Positions 42,319 to 54,149 of a stretch of DNA of 64,000 nt are shown piece after piece. Position 1 is the first letter of the stretch. Each line of letters begins with the position of its first letter. Position numbers and translations under genes: made by a program. This stretch comes from Octopus vulgaris (Eukaryota): contig OX597828.1 of NCBI GenBank assembly GCA_951406725.2, positions 3,720,001-3,784,000 on the forward strand. Reading direction: 5' to 3'. The notes beneath the pieces are model-generated. The model was given only the letters and a program-made list of their open reading frames with translations, had not been told where the DNA came from and made no database searches.

Positions 42319-43590
42319 CGAGGGACGTTCAATAAGTAATGCCTCTGACCCACTTGCAGTTGTTTGATCTAGCTGAAATTTTGCATGTGCAATTATTTAT
42401 ATCTCTATAGAGTAAGTGGTAATTGTGGTTTCTGATTTACAGGTGTTTGAACTGAGTCAAGTGTGAAATGGAGCCTGTTGAGTGTCGAGCAGTGATCCGG
42501 TTTTTGTATTTGAAAGGACGCACACCACGGGAGACTTTTGATGAAATGAAAGTAACTTATGGTGATGATGCCCCATCATATGACCTTGTAAAACGCTGGC
42601 ATCGTGAATTCAAACATGGTCGGAACTCTGTGGAAACAGCTCCCAGATCTGGTCGCCCCTTCTGCCATTGATGAGGCATCTGTCCGTCAAGTTGAGGCTG
42701 CCATTTTGGAAGATCGACGCATAATTATTCGCCAAATAGCCCATAAGGTCAAGATTAGTACTGGGTCTGTGGAAACTATCATTGATGACCATTTGCATAT
42801 GCAAAAGGTGTCTGCCAGATGGATTCCCAGGTTGCTCACGCCTTTCCAGAAGCAAGAACGCGTCGAGTGCTCGAAGGTGAATTTGGAGATGTGCCAAGAA
42901 GATGAGTCAAAATTTTTCAAAAGACTGATTACACAGGATGAAACCTGGGTCCATCACGATGATCCAGAGACCAAAGCCCAGTCAATGCAGTGGAAGCACC
43001 GTGACTCACCCCCTCCAAAGTAGGCAAGGGTGCAGCCCTCCGCTGGCAAGGTCATGCTCACAGTCTTCTGGGACCAGGACGGAGTAGTGATGACAGATTT
43101 CCTGGCAAAGGGTACCACAATTGCAGGAGCCTATTATGCTTCACTTTTGAGGAAATTAAGAGAAGCTATCAAAATCAAGAGGCGGGGCAAGATCAGCAAA
43201 GGCATCCTCCTCCTGCAGGACAACGCCCCGGTCCACAGCTCGCTTGTCGCCAGATCAGAAGCACAGGCGTATGGCTATGAACTCCTCCCCCATCCCCCTA
43301 CTTTCCTGACCTTGCACCCTCTGATTTTCACCTCTTCCCAGTCATGAAGTTGTTTTTGAAAGGAAAGCGTTTCCCAGATGATGCAGCCTTGATTTCTGAA
43401 GTCACGTTCAGGTTGGAGGACCAAGCTGGGGTCTTCTACAAAAACGGTCTCCAGAGCTGCATCAAGCAATGGGAAAAATGCGTAACTCTGGGTGGTTCCT
43501 ATGTAGAAAAAGACTAATATCTGTGCCAAGTTTCGTTGCTCTACTGCTATGGGAAGTGGGTCAGGGGCATTACTTATTGAACGCCCCTCG
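42319..43590 (+). mobile_element. Full-length mariner transposon (irritans-like), 1272 bp, TA TSD
   Basis: 37-bp TIRs CGAGGGACGTTCAATAAGTAATGCCTCTGACCCACTT with 2 mismatches. TA at 42317-18 and 43591-92. Confidence 0.97.
42468..43517 (+). pseudogene. mariner DD34D transposase pseudogene (2 frameshifts, 1 nonsense)
   Basis: MEPVECRAVIRFL..RSGRP / WIPRLL / ITQDETW / PPK* / LLQDNAPVH / PDLAPSDFHLF..GGSYVEKD*. Confidence 0.95.
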
Positions 43591-44449
43591 TAGATGGGTT
43601 AGCCATGCTACGTGACTGAAAGACAAGAAATGGACAATCAGGTTGACTGAATGGGCACCAAGATAATGGAAAAGATCAAGGGGCTGACCAAACACAAAAT
43701 GGCGAGATGATCTCACCCGCTACCTGGAGCCTACGTGGCAGAGAGCGGTGGAAGATGTCCAGGGATATGATATGATATGATATATGCTATGATAGGATAT
43801 GATATGATATGATATGATATATATATATACTATACATTATACTTTAACGTTCAGACTAACCGAGTAATAGAAGCTAGAAGGCCTGACTTGGTAAACGGAT
43901 ATGAATATGAGAAGTATAGAAAAATTAGCGCAGTACCAGGTCCAAATCTCTGTGAATACCTATAGCAAGTCAGATTCGATCTTGTGTCTCCTTTCTTTAT
44001 AGGTTGTAGGTACTGTTATAAACCTCGGATAATATTTGCTCTTACATTAACAATGGTGATTTATTTATTTATTTATCTAATATACTGTAAACATAAGCAT
44101 TAAATGTCAGTCCTCTTGTCAATTATTGGACACTAAGCTCATAAATATTTACAGCTTGTCAGATATTTCGTGAATAATCAATAATGATATCAATATATAT
44201 TGTATTATCAATTTATTATGCCATATATAAAGGATTTTTTCTTTATTAACTACAAGGGCTGTGTGACGTTGTGGACCTCACGAGAAGGCGATACTAAACT
44301 GTAGAGGCTTTACAACGAGTAAATAAGTTATTAGCAACGATAAACAAAAATAAATCAACAAGGAAGGTTTTTCCGGAAGAGTCGACGACGCAAATCTGTT
44401 GAAGGACATATTCAACGTGTTCGTTATGTTTTTGCCCGGAAGCCATTAA

Positions 44450-45450
44450 TTTTCTGTACAACTATTTACGAATGCATTGCTTGCGTTTAACTTTCGTCCT
44501 GCGCATAGTCTAAATGGTTTAAGCTGTTAGTGTCAGACATTATTTCAAATGCCACATGTCTAGACTTTTTCTTCGCTTGAACTAGAATTTCACCTCCGTC
44601 GAAAAGGTAACGATTTCGAATATATTAGTAACATATTCGAACGCTATTTTTTGGATGAGGTAGTGATTATGCATGTAATATTGTCCTAGTTCCTATCTAC
44701 CTGCACTTGGGATACGAAACAGATCTCAAGTAGCTTAAACAGCCCCGCTCCTCAGTGACACTATGACACTGACGTCAATATGGGTTGCATCCCCCGATAT
44801 ATCGAGATGCACAACTGTTGACTTTCCAATCTCTTTGATATTCGGCACTATTACAGTGATATCATTCACACATTATGAGAAGGTATTTCACCATTTCAGC
44901 TCGATCAGAATGCAGTTCAACAGTTTCAAATTCTGTGACAAAGGCCGAAGATTCAGAACATACCGATAAAATAGCAGAGATAAAATTCCATGCGAGGAAC
45001 AAACGTTGTTTGAAATAGGTTCGGTTCGGTTACTAGTAATTCTGATTGCCGAAAAGATGCCTATACGTGTGTAGCAATCAAGATTTTTAGATTTTGAAAC
45101 CTAATCTGAAGTCGTTTGCACTAAGGACATGCCGGATAACGGGGTTCTTCCCGATCGAATCTTATAGATTGGACCAAGAACTGAAGGTGATTGTAATGTA
45201 GGTGCTTGGGATCGCACATACCTGCGCATTCCTGACGATACTTCTGGCAAAAATTTTGTCTTCAATATTTTGGTCAAAATCTTGAATTCGCCTTCATGTA
45301 ATTATAAAGCTGAAATTATCGACGACAACCTTTTCTGATTTCTGTATTCCCTTATCAGTTTTATCTGTTTTTCCTGCTGAAAGCTCGAAAATCTTTTATC
45401 CTGTTATCAGTTGCATTGAAAAACTAATAAAATCTCCGCAAGAACATCGC
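44450..45450 (-). pseudogene. Possible ancient tyrosine recombinase remnant (DIRS/Ngaro-like)
   Basis: Ordered minus-strand motifs across stops and frameshifts: SSIISAL..SGMRR, IGIFSAIRITS (R box), ITVIVPNIKEIGKSTVVHL (K region), SLRSG..DLFRIPSAG, F*FKRRK (HxxR-like) and AGRK..SNAFVNS. Confidence 0.35.
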
Positions 45451-46051
45451 GTATCTATATCTACATCTCGTAACGTAGCTTCTTCAAAGCAGAATTTGCA
45501 TCTGGTGGATGAGCATTCCGCTCCAACGTTAATTCAGATATCGATTTTTTTTTTCTAATCACGTTTTGTTTTCTGGGCAGATCCACACCTCGTCAGTGAG
45601 GCAAAAACGCCCTTGTCACAGCTTGCCTTAAATAGTGGAAGAAAGTGCTGCAAGTAAGCTGAACACACATACCTGGAATCGTATAACATGTCTCCTCGTC
45701 GTCGGGTAAAACTGCATTGTACCTTTATTGTCACGTCTTACTTCTTCAAATCCCAATGTATTGAATTATTTTATGTATTTTAGACAACGCAATCGTTGGT
45801 TTTTGCGTTAATAAATATGAGTGATTTTCACTGCCAGCACGTTGGTCGTACTTTGTTTCTTACCAATTTTGTCGTAAACTTTTCTAAATTCTATAGTTGG
45901 TAATTTAATCCTTATATTTAGAGAGATGCACATTGGTTCACAATGATCGTCTTTAGGAATGGATGGTTTCGAAAAACCCTTCTATTTCTTTAGCTATAGA
46001 TAAGAGAGCCGGAAACGTCACGTTATATATATATATATATATATATATGTC

Positions 46052-46286
46052 TATTTGTAATAAGGTAAGTGACAATTATTCTATTGGCATAATAAAACTC
46101 CGAGTTTCGGATGTCGGGGCGGAAACCTGCACCGGCATTTCTTCAGGCATCGAGGCTTGTTTTTTTTCATAGCATATTTTGATTGCCTCGATAACTGAAG
46201 AGATTCTGGTGCAGGTTTCCGCCCCGACATCCGAAACTCGGGGTTTTATTATGGCAACCGAATAATTGTCACATATATTACAAATA
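46052..46286. repeat. Fold-back element: ~100-bp inverted arms, each with a hammerhead-like motif
   Basis: 46069-46156 is the reverse complement of 46185-46272. The right arm reads AUAA-CUGAAGA-GAU..AUCC-GAAACUCGGGGUU-UUAU. The left arm (minus strand) retains the palindromic stem III ACUCGGAGU. Confidence 0.8.
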
Positions 46287-46689
46287 AATTCCTCTATTTA
46301 CATTATATCGACGTGTCTTTCATTCTTTTGTTGTCTTACCATTAATATTAATATCAATGATAATAATAATATATATATATATATATATATATTTGTAAAT
46401 GTCTTTGTGTCTCCCTTTGTCCCCCAGCACCCCTTTACAATCGGACAATCGGTATTGGTGTGATTGCGTCACTGTAACTTTGCGGTTCGGTAAATGAGTC
46501 CTCAGTGTTGACAGGACACAGAATTAACCATATTGCTATAAGAGATACGTAATTGGTTATGTCCTTCGCTTTCCTCCAAATATTCTGTAGAAGAAGAGAT
46601 TAAGTCTGAAATGCCAAAGATACTGCAGAATTTTTATTCCTTTTATAGATCACCAAGAAGAGAACTGAACACTGTTATCACTTTCTCTT

Positions 46690-47011
46690 GCGGCAACCTT
46701 AAAATGGTGATCGAAGTGAATAGTAAATTATAAAAAATATGTATAAAGATATTATTGTTTACAATAATATCAAGTGGCAAACCATGCATTTAAAAATACC
46801 ATAAGGTGACAACGTATTAATTAATAATGAAGGTTGCTTCAAATAGCACCAGCATGGCAGGTTCTACTCAATTAATGTGTATCAGGGAAAATTTGTGGTT
46901 GTAGTCGCTTTCTGGCTGTTATTTTTAGCGTTCCGGTGCTATTTGTAGCAGCCTTAATTATTAATTAATAACTTTTCGCCTTATGGTATTTTTTACGCAT
47001 GCTACGCCACT

Positions 47012-47049
<38 letters not shown>

Positions 47050-48114
47050 TAATGTTCGTCCTTCGGGTTCGAAGATGACCATTGACATCATTTGGTGGAA
47101 TTGCTGTTATGAGACCGGAGGTGGCTTTGCGCATGATCGTGATGGTGCTAGGGAGATCTGCCTGCTTGAGAACTTCCGTGTCTGGGACTTTGTTCTGCCA
47201 GCGGATGTGACCAACGGAGTCAGGCAGGGCTGTGTCCTGGCCCCAACACTGTTCAGCATCATATTCTCGGCAATGCTGTCCGACGCCTTCAGGGACTGCA
47301 AGTCCGGTATCGACATTAAGCACAGGACGGACGGGAAGTTTTTCAACTCCAGAAGATTGCAGGCCGTCACAAAGGTGAGGGAGACAGTCGTCAGAGACTT
47401 TCTCTTTGCTATTTGTAGCATCCTTAATTATTAATTAATAAGTTTTCACCTTATGGTACTTTTTACGCATGCTATACCACTTGATACATACATACATACA
47501 TACATACATACATACATACATACATACATACATACATACATACATACATACATGCATACATACATAACGCAATCGATGAGCAGGAGATGCAGCTCGGGAT
47601 GGACAGGTTCTCATCAGCCTGGGACAACTTCGGTCTCACCATCAGTGCCAAGAAAACCGAAGTGATGTTTCAGCCAGCCCCCGGCAAACAATACCATGAG
47701 CCTCAGATAAAGGTGAACGGACGGATCCTACGAGCGGTGGAAAACTTCACCTACCTGGGCAGCACTCTCTCCTGCAATGCCAACATAGATGCTGAAATCA
47801 TCAACAGAATCTCCAAGGCAAGCAGCGCGTTTGGGAGACTGCGAAAGAAAGTCTGGGAGCGGAGAGGAATCAGCCTCAACACCAATCTGAAAGTCTACCG
47901 GGTTTACCACCCTACTATACGGCTGCGAGACGTGGACTGCTTACCGAAGGCACGAGCGCCAGATAAACCACTTCCACTTCAGGTGTCTTCGGAACCTCCT
48001 TCACATCCGCTGGCAGGACAAAGTACGCCACTTAATATTATTCTAAACAACAATATCCTTATGTATATTTTTATAATTCATTATTCACTTCCCTCACCTT
48101 TTTAAATTTGCCGC
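46690..48114. mobile_element. Long-TIR MITE (~165-bp TIRs beginning GCGGCAAC, possibly Merlin-like), right TIR split by a LINE insertion
   Basis: 46690-46850 is the reverse complement of 46935-47013 joined to 48035-48114. No clear TSD was seen, so the superfamily is uncertain. Confidence 0.75.
47014..48023 (-). mobile_element. RTE (BovB-like) LINE insertion with 5' inversion and 11-bp TSD
   Basis: TSD TACGCCACTTA at 47003-47013 and 48024-48034. The minus-strand 3' piece HIRWQNKVPDTEVL.. carries an (ATT)n tail. The inverted (plus-strand) RT piece reads VTNGVRQGCVLAPTLF..DFLFA|..FTYLGS..LLYGCETW..HIRWQDKV. Confidence 0.92.
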
Positions 48115-48119
48115 GGTAT

Positions 48120-48442
48120 TAAAAACGGTCATTGCGCACATTGTTTGAGATGGGCAGGTTCTATGACCCCCGAGTCAGTAAGATTCGCTGATGAGAACAA
48201 AATGACAGCTTCGCAAAGTTCGAAATCCTGACGATACGGGTATGTCTGGCTTTTCAATTTACGATTCTTTTCATTATTGTTACGGGGACTTTGAATTTCT
48301 GCTCATTAATGTGTATCTGTGAAGATTTGTGGTTGTAGTCGCTTTCATACTGCTATTTTTAGCGTTCCGGTGCTATTTGTAGCATCCTTAATTATTAATT
48401 AATAAGTTTTCACCTTATGGTACTTTTTACGCATGCTATACC

Positions 48443-48443
<1 letters not shown>
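48120..48443 (+). mobile_element. Second, longer internal+TIR fragment of the 46690 element family
   Basis: GGCAGGTTCTA and ATTAATGTGTATC..TTTGTGGTTGTAGTCGCTTTC..GGTGCTATTTGTAGC..CCTTATGGTA match 46856-47010, with ~140 extra bp. Confidence 0.75.
48172..48252 (+). ncRNA. Extended type-I hammerhead ribozyme
   Basis: Core CUGAUGA 48188-94, stem II GAAC/GUUC, GAAA 48222-25, stem III AUC-[CUGAC]-GAU, and AUA cleavage after 48236. Stem I is AUUCG/CGGGU plus distal GAGUCAG/CUGGCUU across a 4x4 internal loop. Confidence 0.8.
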
Positions 48444-48773
<330 letters not shown>

Positions 48774-48826
48774 ACGCTGAAATCTACAGGTTTTTTTCGT
48801 TCTCTCTGTGTTTATTTTTCTTATTC

Positions 48827-48862
48827 CTTTCTGTTGATGAGCATAGGTTCGAAACGTAAAAG
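48827..48862 (+). ncRNA. Minimal hammerhead-like motif with variant core, in a pLTR-like island
   Basis: CUUU-CUGUUGA-U-GAGC-AUAG-GUUC-GAAAC-GUA-AAAG: stems I and II, ACGU palindromic stem III, and an A6>U core variant. Confidence 0.55.
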
Positions 48863-48963
48863 ACTTTCATTTTCCCTAGGGTCAATCGAATATACTTGGT
48901 TGTTGTTCATACACCTGTTTTCGTCGTTTGTTTTTCTATAATAAATTTCAACTATATACATAA

Positions 48964-49077
<114 letters not shown>

Positions 49078-52054
49078 ATACGGAAAAATGCATGTATGTG
49101 TGTTTACAATTGTGTATAAGTGTGTGAGTTTTAACGTGTATGTGCTCAAAGGTGGTCGTTGGCAGAATCATTAAATTATCGGGTAATATTGTGATATTTC
49201 GCCTGGTGCTTTTGTGTTGTGATATACCTTCGAGGTTTTCTTTGACTTAGATAATTTCCATGTGGATAATAACACTAATCAGTTCAAGTGAAGTTCTGGA
49301 TTCGATTAATTCAACTAATCAGAAACTGGAATTTTGGAGGCAGTTTCTTTAACTTATTTCTAGTAACATTTCTCTTGCCAAAATTTGTTGGCACTTACTT
49401 TTTCTCTTGGACAATAATGGTGGCTTCCATTGTATGGAAGATCATCAGTTATTCTGAATAGGTAAATGATGATCTTCCTTACCCAGGATTGCATCCTAGA
49501 GAAGACATCGCAATTTTGTGAACGGATTCTTTGATATAGAGATAGATATAAATTGTTACCAAACAAGATCTCTGTCGCTATAACACTGCACTCTAACCTA
49601 CTAACCAAAACTAAATATAAAACTGGCAAAATTGAGTGACCGCTTTATTTAAATATTGAATTATTTACCAATTGATATTTTTCCGGGTCTCCGACGGGGT
49701 GGGAGGAATGAATGATGCTGTATGCAAACTTGAGACCTAAACCTGGATATTTGCAACAAATTCAACTTTTCTATCTAAAAGCATTCAAGAGTATAGTCGT
49801 GGCATTTTATATGGTGATAGATGCTATCTTCCAGACTTGTATCAAGTACCTCAAGGGGATTCGTTTGACAATCGAACAGTTCCGCCACTTCGCTAACATG
49901 CATTGATTCACCAAAAGGTGAAAGACAATTGAGACCTTGGTGGCAGTTGAACTTGGAAAACCGAAACAGAGCGAGACAATCTGCATACACTTTAATAACT
50001 CTGACAATTCGCCATGCGATCGAAGATGTGTGGAATTCTGTTTTTAAAACGCATCGGTAGAACTTAAGATTGTGTCATAGCTTTTCAAGTTAGTTCAGTA
50101 AATATGGAAACGTTTCAATAATTCATGTGTAGGCAATAATTAGTAGTTCAACGAGAGTGTTGTATCATCATGCTATAGAAAAAATATTTGTTTGAAGAAA
50201 AAACACCGAAACAATAAATTGGCCTATCTATAAAGTGTATAATAACCACTAAATATAACAATGTGTCGGTTATGTAAAGGAAAAGAGCTTGATGTAAAAA
50301 AAAAATGTTTAGATAAGCTGAAGAGAAACTAGTGATCTTCTGAGAATACAAAAACCTAAAATGAAACAAAAACATTCGTCAAACAAAGAAATAAAATTGC
50401 CAAGTAAATCAATAGAGAGATAGGATGTTTAAAAGGCAGGAGGATAAGGAAAAGGAAAAATGAGAAAATGAGATAATAGAACAGAGTGAAAGAAGAGAAA
50501 AAGGAGATATAGGAGAGAGGTACTATCCACAATAGAGAGAGTGAGTGAAAAGAAAGGTAGAGTGAACAAGAGAGAGAAATCGGAGAAAGTGTATGATCGT
50601 GTAAAGTTTCTCTTGTTATCAGTTGCTTTATGTTAGTGTGTGCCTGGATGGTTGTGTGTATACGAATGTGATTGACACTACGGATGTGTGTTTGTGAAAT
50701 TAAGTGATGTTCAAAGAGATAAGGATAAACAGGAAAGATGAAAAAAAACGATACAGCTATTCATGCCGATGATGCTAATCGAAATGGACCGATATTTTAT
50801 ATTCTAGATATCGATGTTAATAAAGACGTAGATGGATTTGATGCACCAGTCCAGCACTGGAATAGATATTGCAGTAGAAATTCATATAAACTCGTTAAAA
50901 TTCTACGCACACTTTCATTTTTATCCGATTACATTGATGCTAGCTTTCTTTCTCTTATTACACATGAAGTAAAGAGTTCTACTACAAATATGGTATCACG
51001 TATTTAAGTACGTGTAAAGCACATTGGTATAATTATCTTGACAACATGTTGCTAATAAATATACGTTTCTTGTTTGTTTTTTAATCACACATTGCTATAT
51101 ATTTCGTTCCGTTACAGGTACAGTATATTGTGCTCATATATTATGTGATTTTAGCACCGTGACTATTGGGGCAGAAATAATCTTTGTTCCCTTCTAATGT
51201 ATAACCCCTTAAAGAAAAGTCTCTCTGAATAATGCACTCACATTAGATAATGTTCTAACCTTAAAGTAACCTTAATATTCAAACTCCTTTTTACCATTTA
51301 TATTCAGAAAAAAAAATTCACTTTATGCATTTATCCTATTTCATTTAGTGGCATATTATCGAAATTACGTCTCTTCTTGCAGGATTCCTCGCTGGACGTA
51401 GCTTGCTATCAATCACTGGAATAGTCACTAACATTTATAGACCGTAATGATCCGTTATTCACTTGTATTCACTTGTCGGGGTCCCTGAACATACTCTTTC
51501 GTAATGACATTAGCGACGTAAGTGAAGTAAATGAGTCTCGTTTGGGAACCGAAGACATTTTGGTCTATATTCTTGGCTATAGAGAAACATTAGGGATATT
51601 AATGTTGATTTCACTTGGAAGTGATTGAAGTAGAAGCAAAATTATCATGGGATCTAGGCATGTAATTAATTTTAAATCCAGTTGAGGACTTTTTCTACAA
51701 ATTGTGTTACTATTAACTAGGGAAGGATATAAACAATCTTCACAATATTCTTATCTTTACATTACTATGGGAAGAAAACAAAATTATTTCCACATACACG
51801 GAAATGCATAGCCCAGAGGTAAGGTACAAAATCACGGACGGAGTAAGCCGTAAAAACGCCGTAAAAACGCTATATTGCATTGCAATTTGGCACATGTAAT
51901 ATCCAAGTATATTATAAACACTTGTTACAATCGGGTGGAGAGCACATCGGCAAAAGAATCGGTAGGATATGCGAGTGTACCATTCTTAGACTGGCACTTT
52001 TCTTCCCTCTTTATTTAGAATTTAAGTTTATCATAAATGAATATTTTAAAATTG

Positions 52055-52272
52055 TTTACAGGCATATTGGGGCACCACCTTGAAGAATCTTACTCGAACG
52101 AATCGATCCCATTACCAACTTTTGATTTTGTGCCTAGTACTTTTTCCATCAGTCTCTTTGTTTCAGAACCGCTAAAAGACGTGAACTTAAACAAATCAAC
52201 ACCGTATGTCAAGCGGTGGTGGGGTACAAACACCGAGGTGCAAACATAGACACACACATGAACACACACACG

Positions 52273-52336
<64 letters not shown>

Positions 52337-52485
52337 GACATATGCGACGGTCTTTCAGTGTCCTTCTACGGAATCCAACTCAGAAATCTTTGGTTGGCTC
52401 GGGGCTATAGTAGGAAACACGTAGTGGGACTGAATCCGGAACCACGTATTTTGGGACGCAAGATTCTTACCACACACCCACACCT
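52055..52485 (-). mobile_element. Octopus-type tRNA SINE, diverged
   Basis: Motifs GGGGCACCACC, GAACCGCTAA, GGCTATAGTAGGA and GGGACTGAATCCGGAACC. Confidence 0.8.
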
Positions 52486-52574
52486 GTTCGTGATAAATCT
52501 TTCATAAAAAGTGAGTTAAAATACTATTATGATATGATTCGTCAAAGGACTATTAACATATTAACATAAGTTGG

Positions 52575-52726
52575 TCCCCGTCACTTAGCGGTTCGGCAAA
52601 AGAGACCGATAGAATAAGTACTGGGCTTACAAAGAATAAGTCCCGGGGTCGATTTGCTCGACTAAAGGCGGTGCTCCAGCATGGCCACAGTCAAATGACT
52701 GAAACAAGTATAAAAGAGAAAAAAGA
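52575..52726 (+). mobile_element. Young 5'-truncated octopus-type SINE
   Basis: CCCCGTCACTTAGCGGTTCGGCAAAAGAGACCGATAGAATAAGTAC..GGCGGTGCTCCAGCATGGCCACAGTC, followed by an A-rich tail. Confidence 0.88.
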
Positions 52727-54149
52727 TATGTAGCAGAGAAAATAAATGCCGTTCCTTGCCCCTAAATGCTGCATGCAGCTTTGGTTGCATGCATGTATTA
52801 TATATGTACATACCCCCCACTCTCTCTCTCTCTCACACACACACGTTTAATATTCTATGGTATGGATTTTATTTTACGATTGTTGCATGTGCGAGTGTAA
52901 GTGTGGATAAATGATGCATCTTTAACTATTTATGCACATGATTGCTCATGAATAAAAGTGAAACATAAGAAAAATCAAAACAGTATAATGTGCATAATGA
53001 ATTTAAGCATATTGTTTCAGGTGAAAGCAATTATCAGCGAAACAGATCTTGCGCATGTTGCTTATTACTAATTAAAACAACAGAGGGGAGTTTTTCATAA
53101 TATCACTCAGCGACGCTTCAAGCAACAAAAGAATCGTTAACATTAATTACAATCCATGCGCAGGCAGATCTAAATGAATAAAAAAGGTCATATGTGCAAA
53201 CATTACAATACATGTGTGTGTCTAGTCTGTGTATGTGCGCGTGTGAATCTGTGTGTGTGTTTGGTTCCGTGGATATGCTTATCAACGATGCACGAACAAA
53301 CTCACCCCAACGCACACCACACTCCCACGCACATGTATATTACGTTGCTGGAAAGTCCTATTAGCGTTAATAACAACTTGTTAACAACTGCGGTCAGGAA
53401 GGATATTTAATGACCGTTTCCTAATTTCTTCTCACTAGTTCTCCCTCACAGCTTCCACATCATCCTCAAAGCGTGCTCGCTCTCCTCAATATATTCATTG
53501 ACACCCACCACCCTTATTCTGTACAGATTTACAATGTCGTGTCGAAGCGAGCTAGGACACCACGTCTTTGGAAAACTCCGAGTTTGAATTCTAAATGATC
53601 CAGCTAAACCGTTTACGAAAAGTCTGGGCAGTATTGTAAGTAAGATTAAAATATTAGCTATTATAAAACGCCGTCACAGGGTAGGACGCCCTAGAAAGAC
53701 TTAACCTGCCTATAGACACCAAAGCAAGTCTCTCTCTCCTCTCTCGATTGCAAAACAATTAACGCTAAACGAAGAAAATTAAAATCAAAATGGGAAAGAA
53801 AAACACACATTCCTTAAATTTCTTACAGACTAATTATATTTCATACCTAAAAAAATATTTTCCTTTCATAAAATGTTTAAGTAAAGGTCTCATTTCATAA
53901 AATGTATATTTGATATATTTCAGTTTATATCGTGTAGGTAGTTTCCAAACCGTATAAAATAGTACTAGCACCGACAAGAAATTTCAAGAAATTCGGAATA
54001 AGAAAAATAACAAAATCCCATGTGTGTATTCTATAAAACTTTTTCTTTATTATAAACCAAATCTCACCATCAAATGAGTAGTAACCCATTTCAACTCTTT
54101 CTTTTCAAACGATATGGCAACTCTGGAAGAGGAATGCATAAATGCACTT

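Larger units (their letters stand above)
41390..43825 (+). mobile_element. Decayed RTE-clade LINE interrupted by a mariner, with (GATAT)n tail
   Basis: Motifs EETGFRTDFAIIDHI, FAFVDYEKAFHSI, LEFADDT and LPVMIHYSEIWTL. After the mariner the frame resumes RWVSH..WTIRLTEWAPR..KWRDDL. (GATAT)n at 43763-43820. Confidence 0.85.

Noticed and set aside
42468-43517. Possible SETMAR-like host gene
   Set aside because: There is no SET domain, it is bounded by TIRs and a TA TSD, and it is disrupted, so it is a transposon copy.
51360-51445. Possible plus-strand exon after TCTCTTCTTGCAG
   Set aside because: The donor is weak, the peptide is unrecognisable and there are no partner exons.
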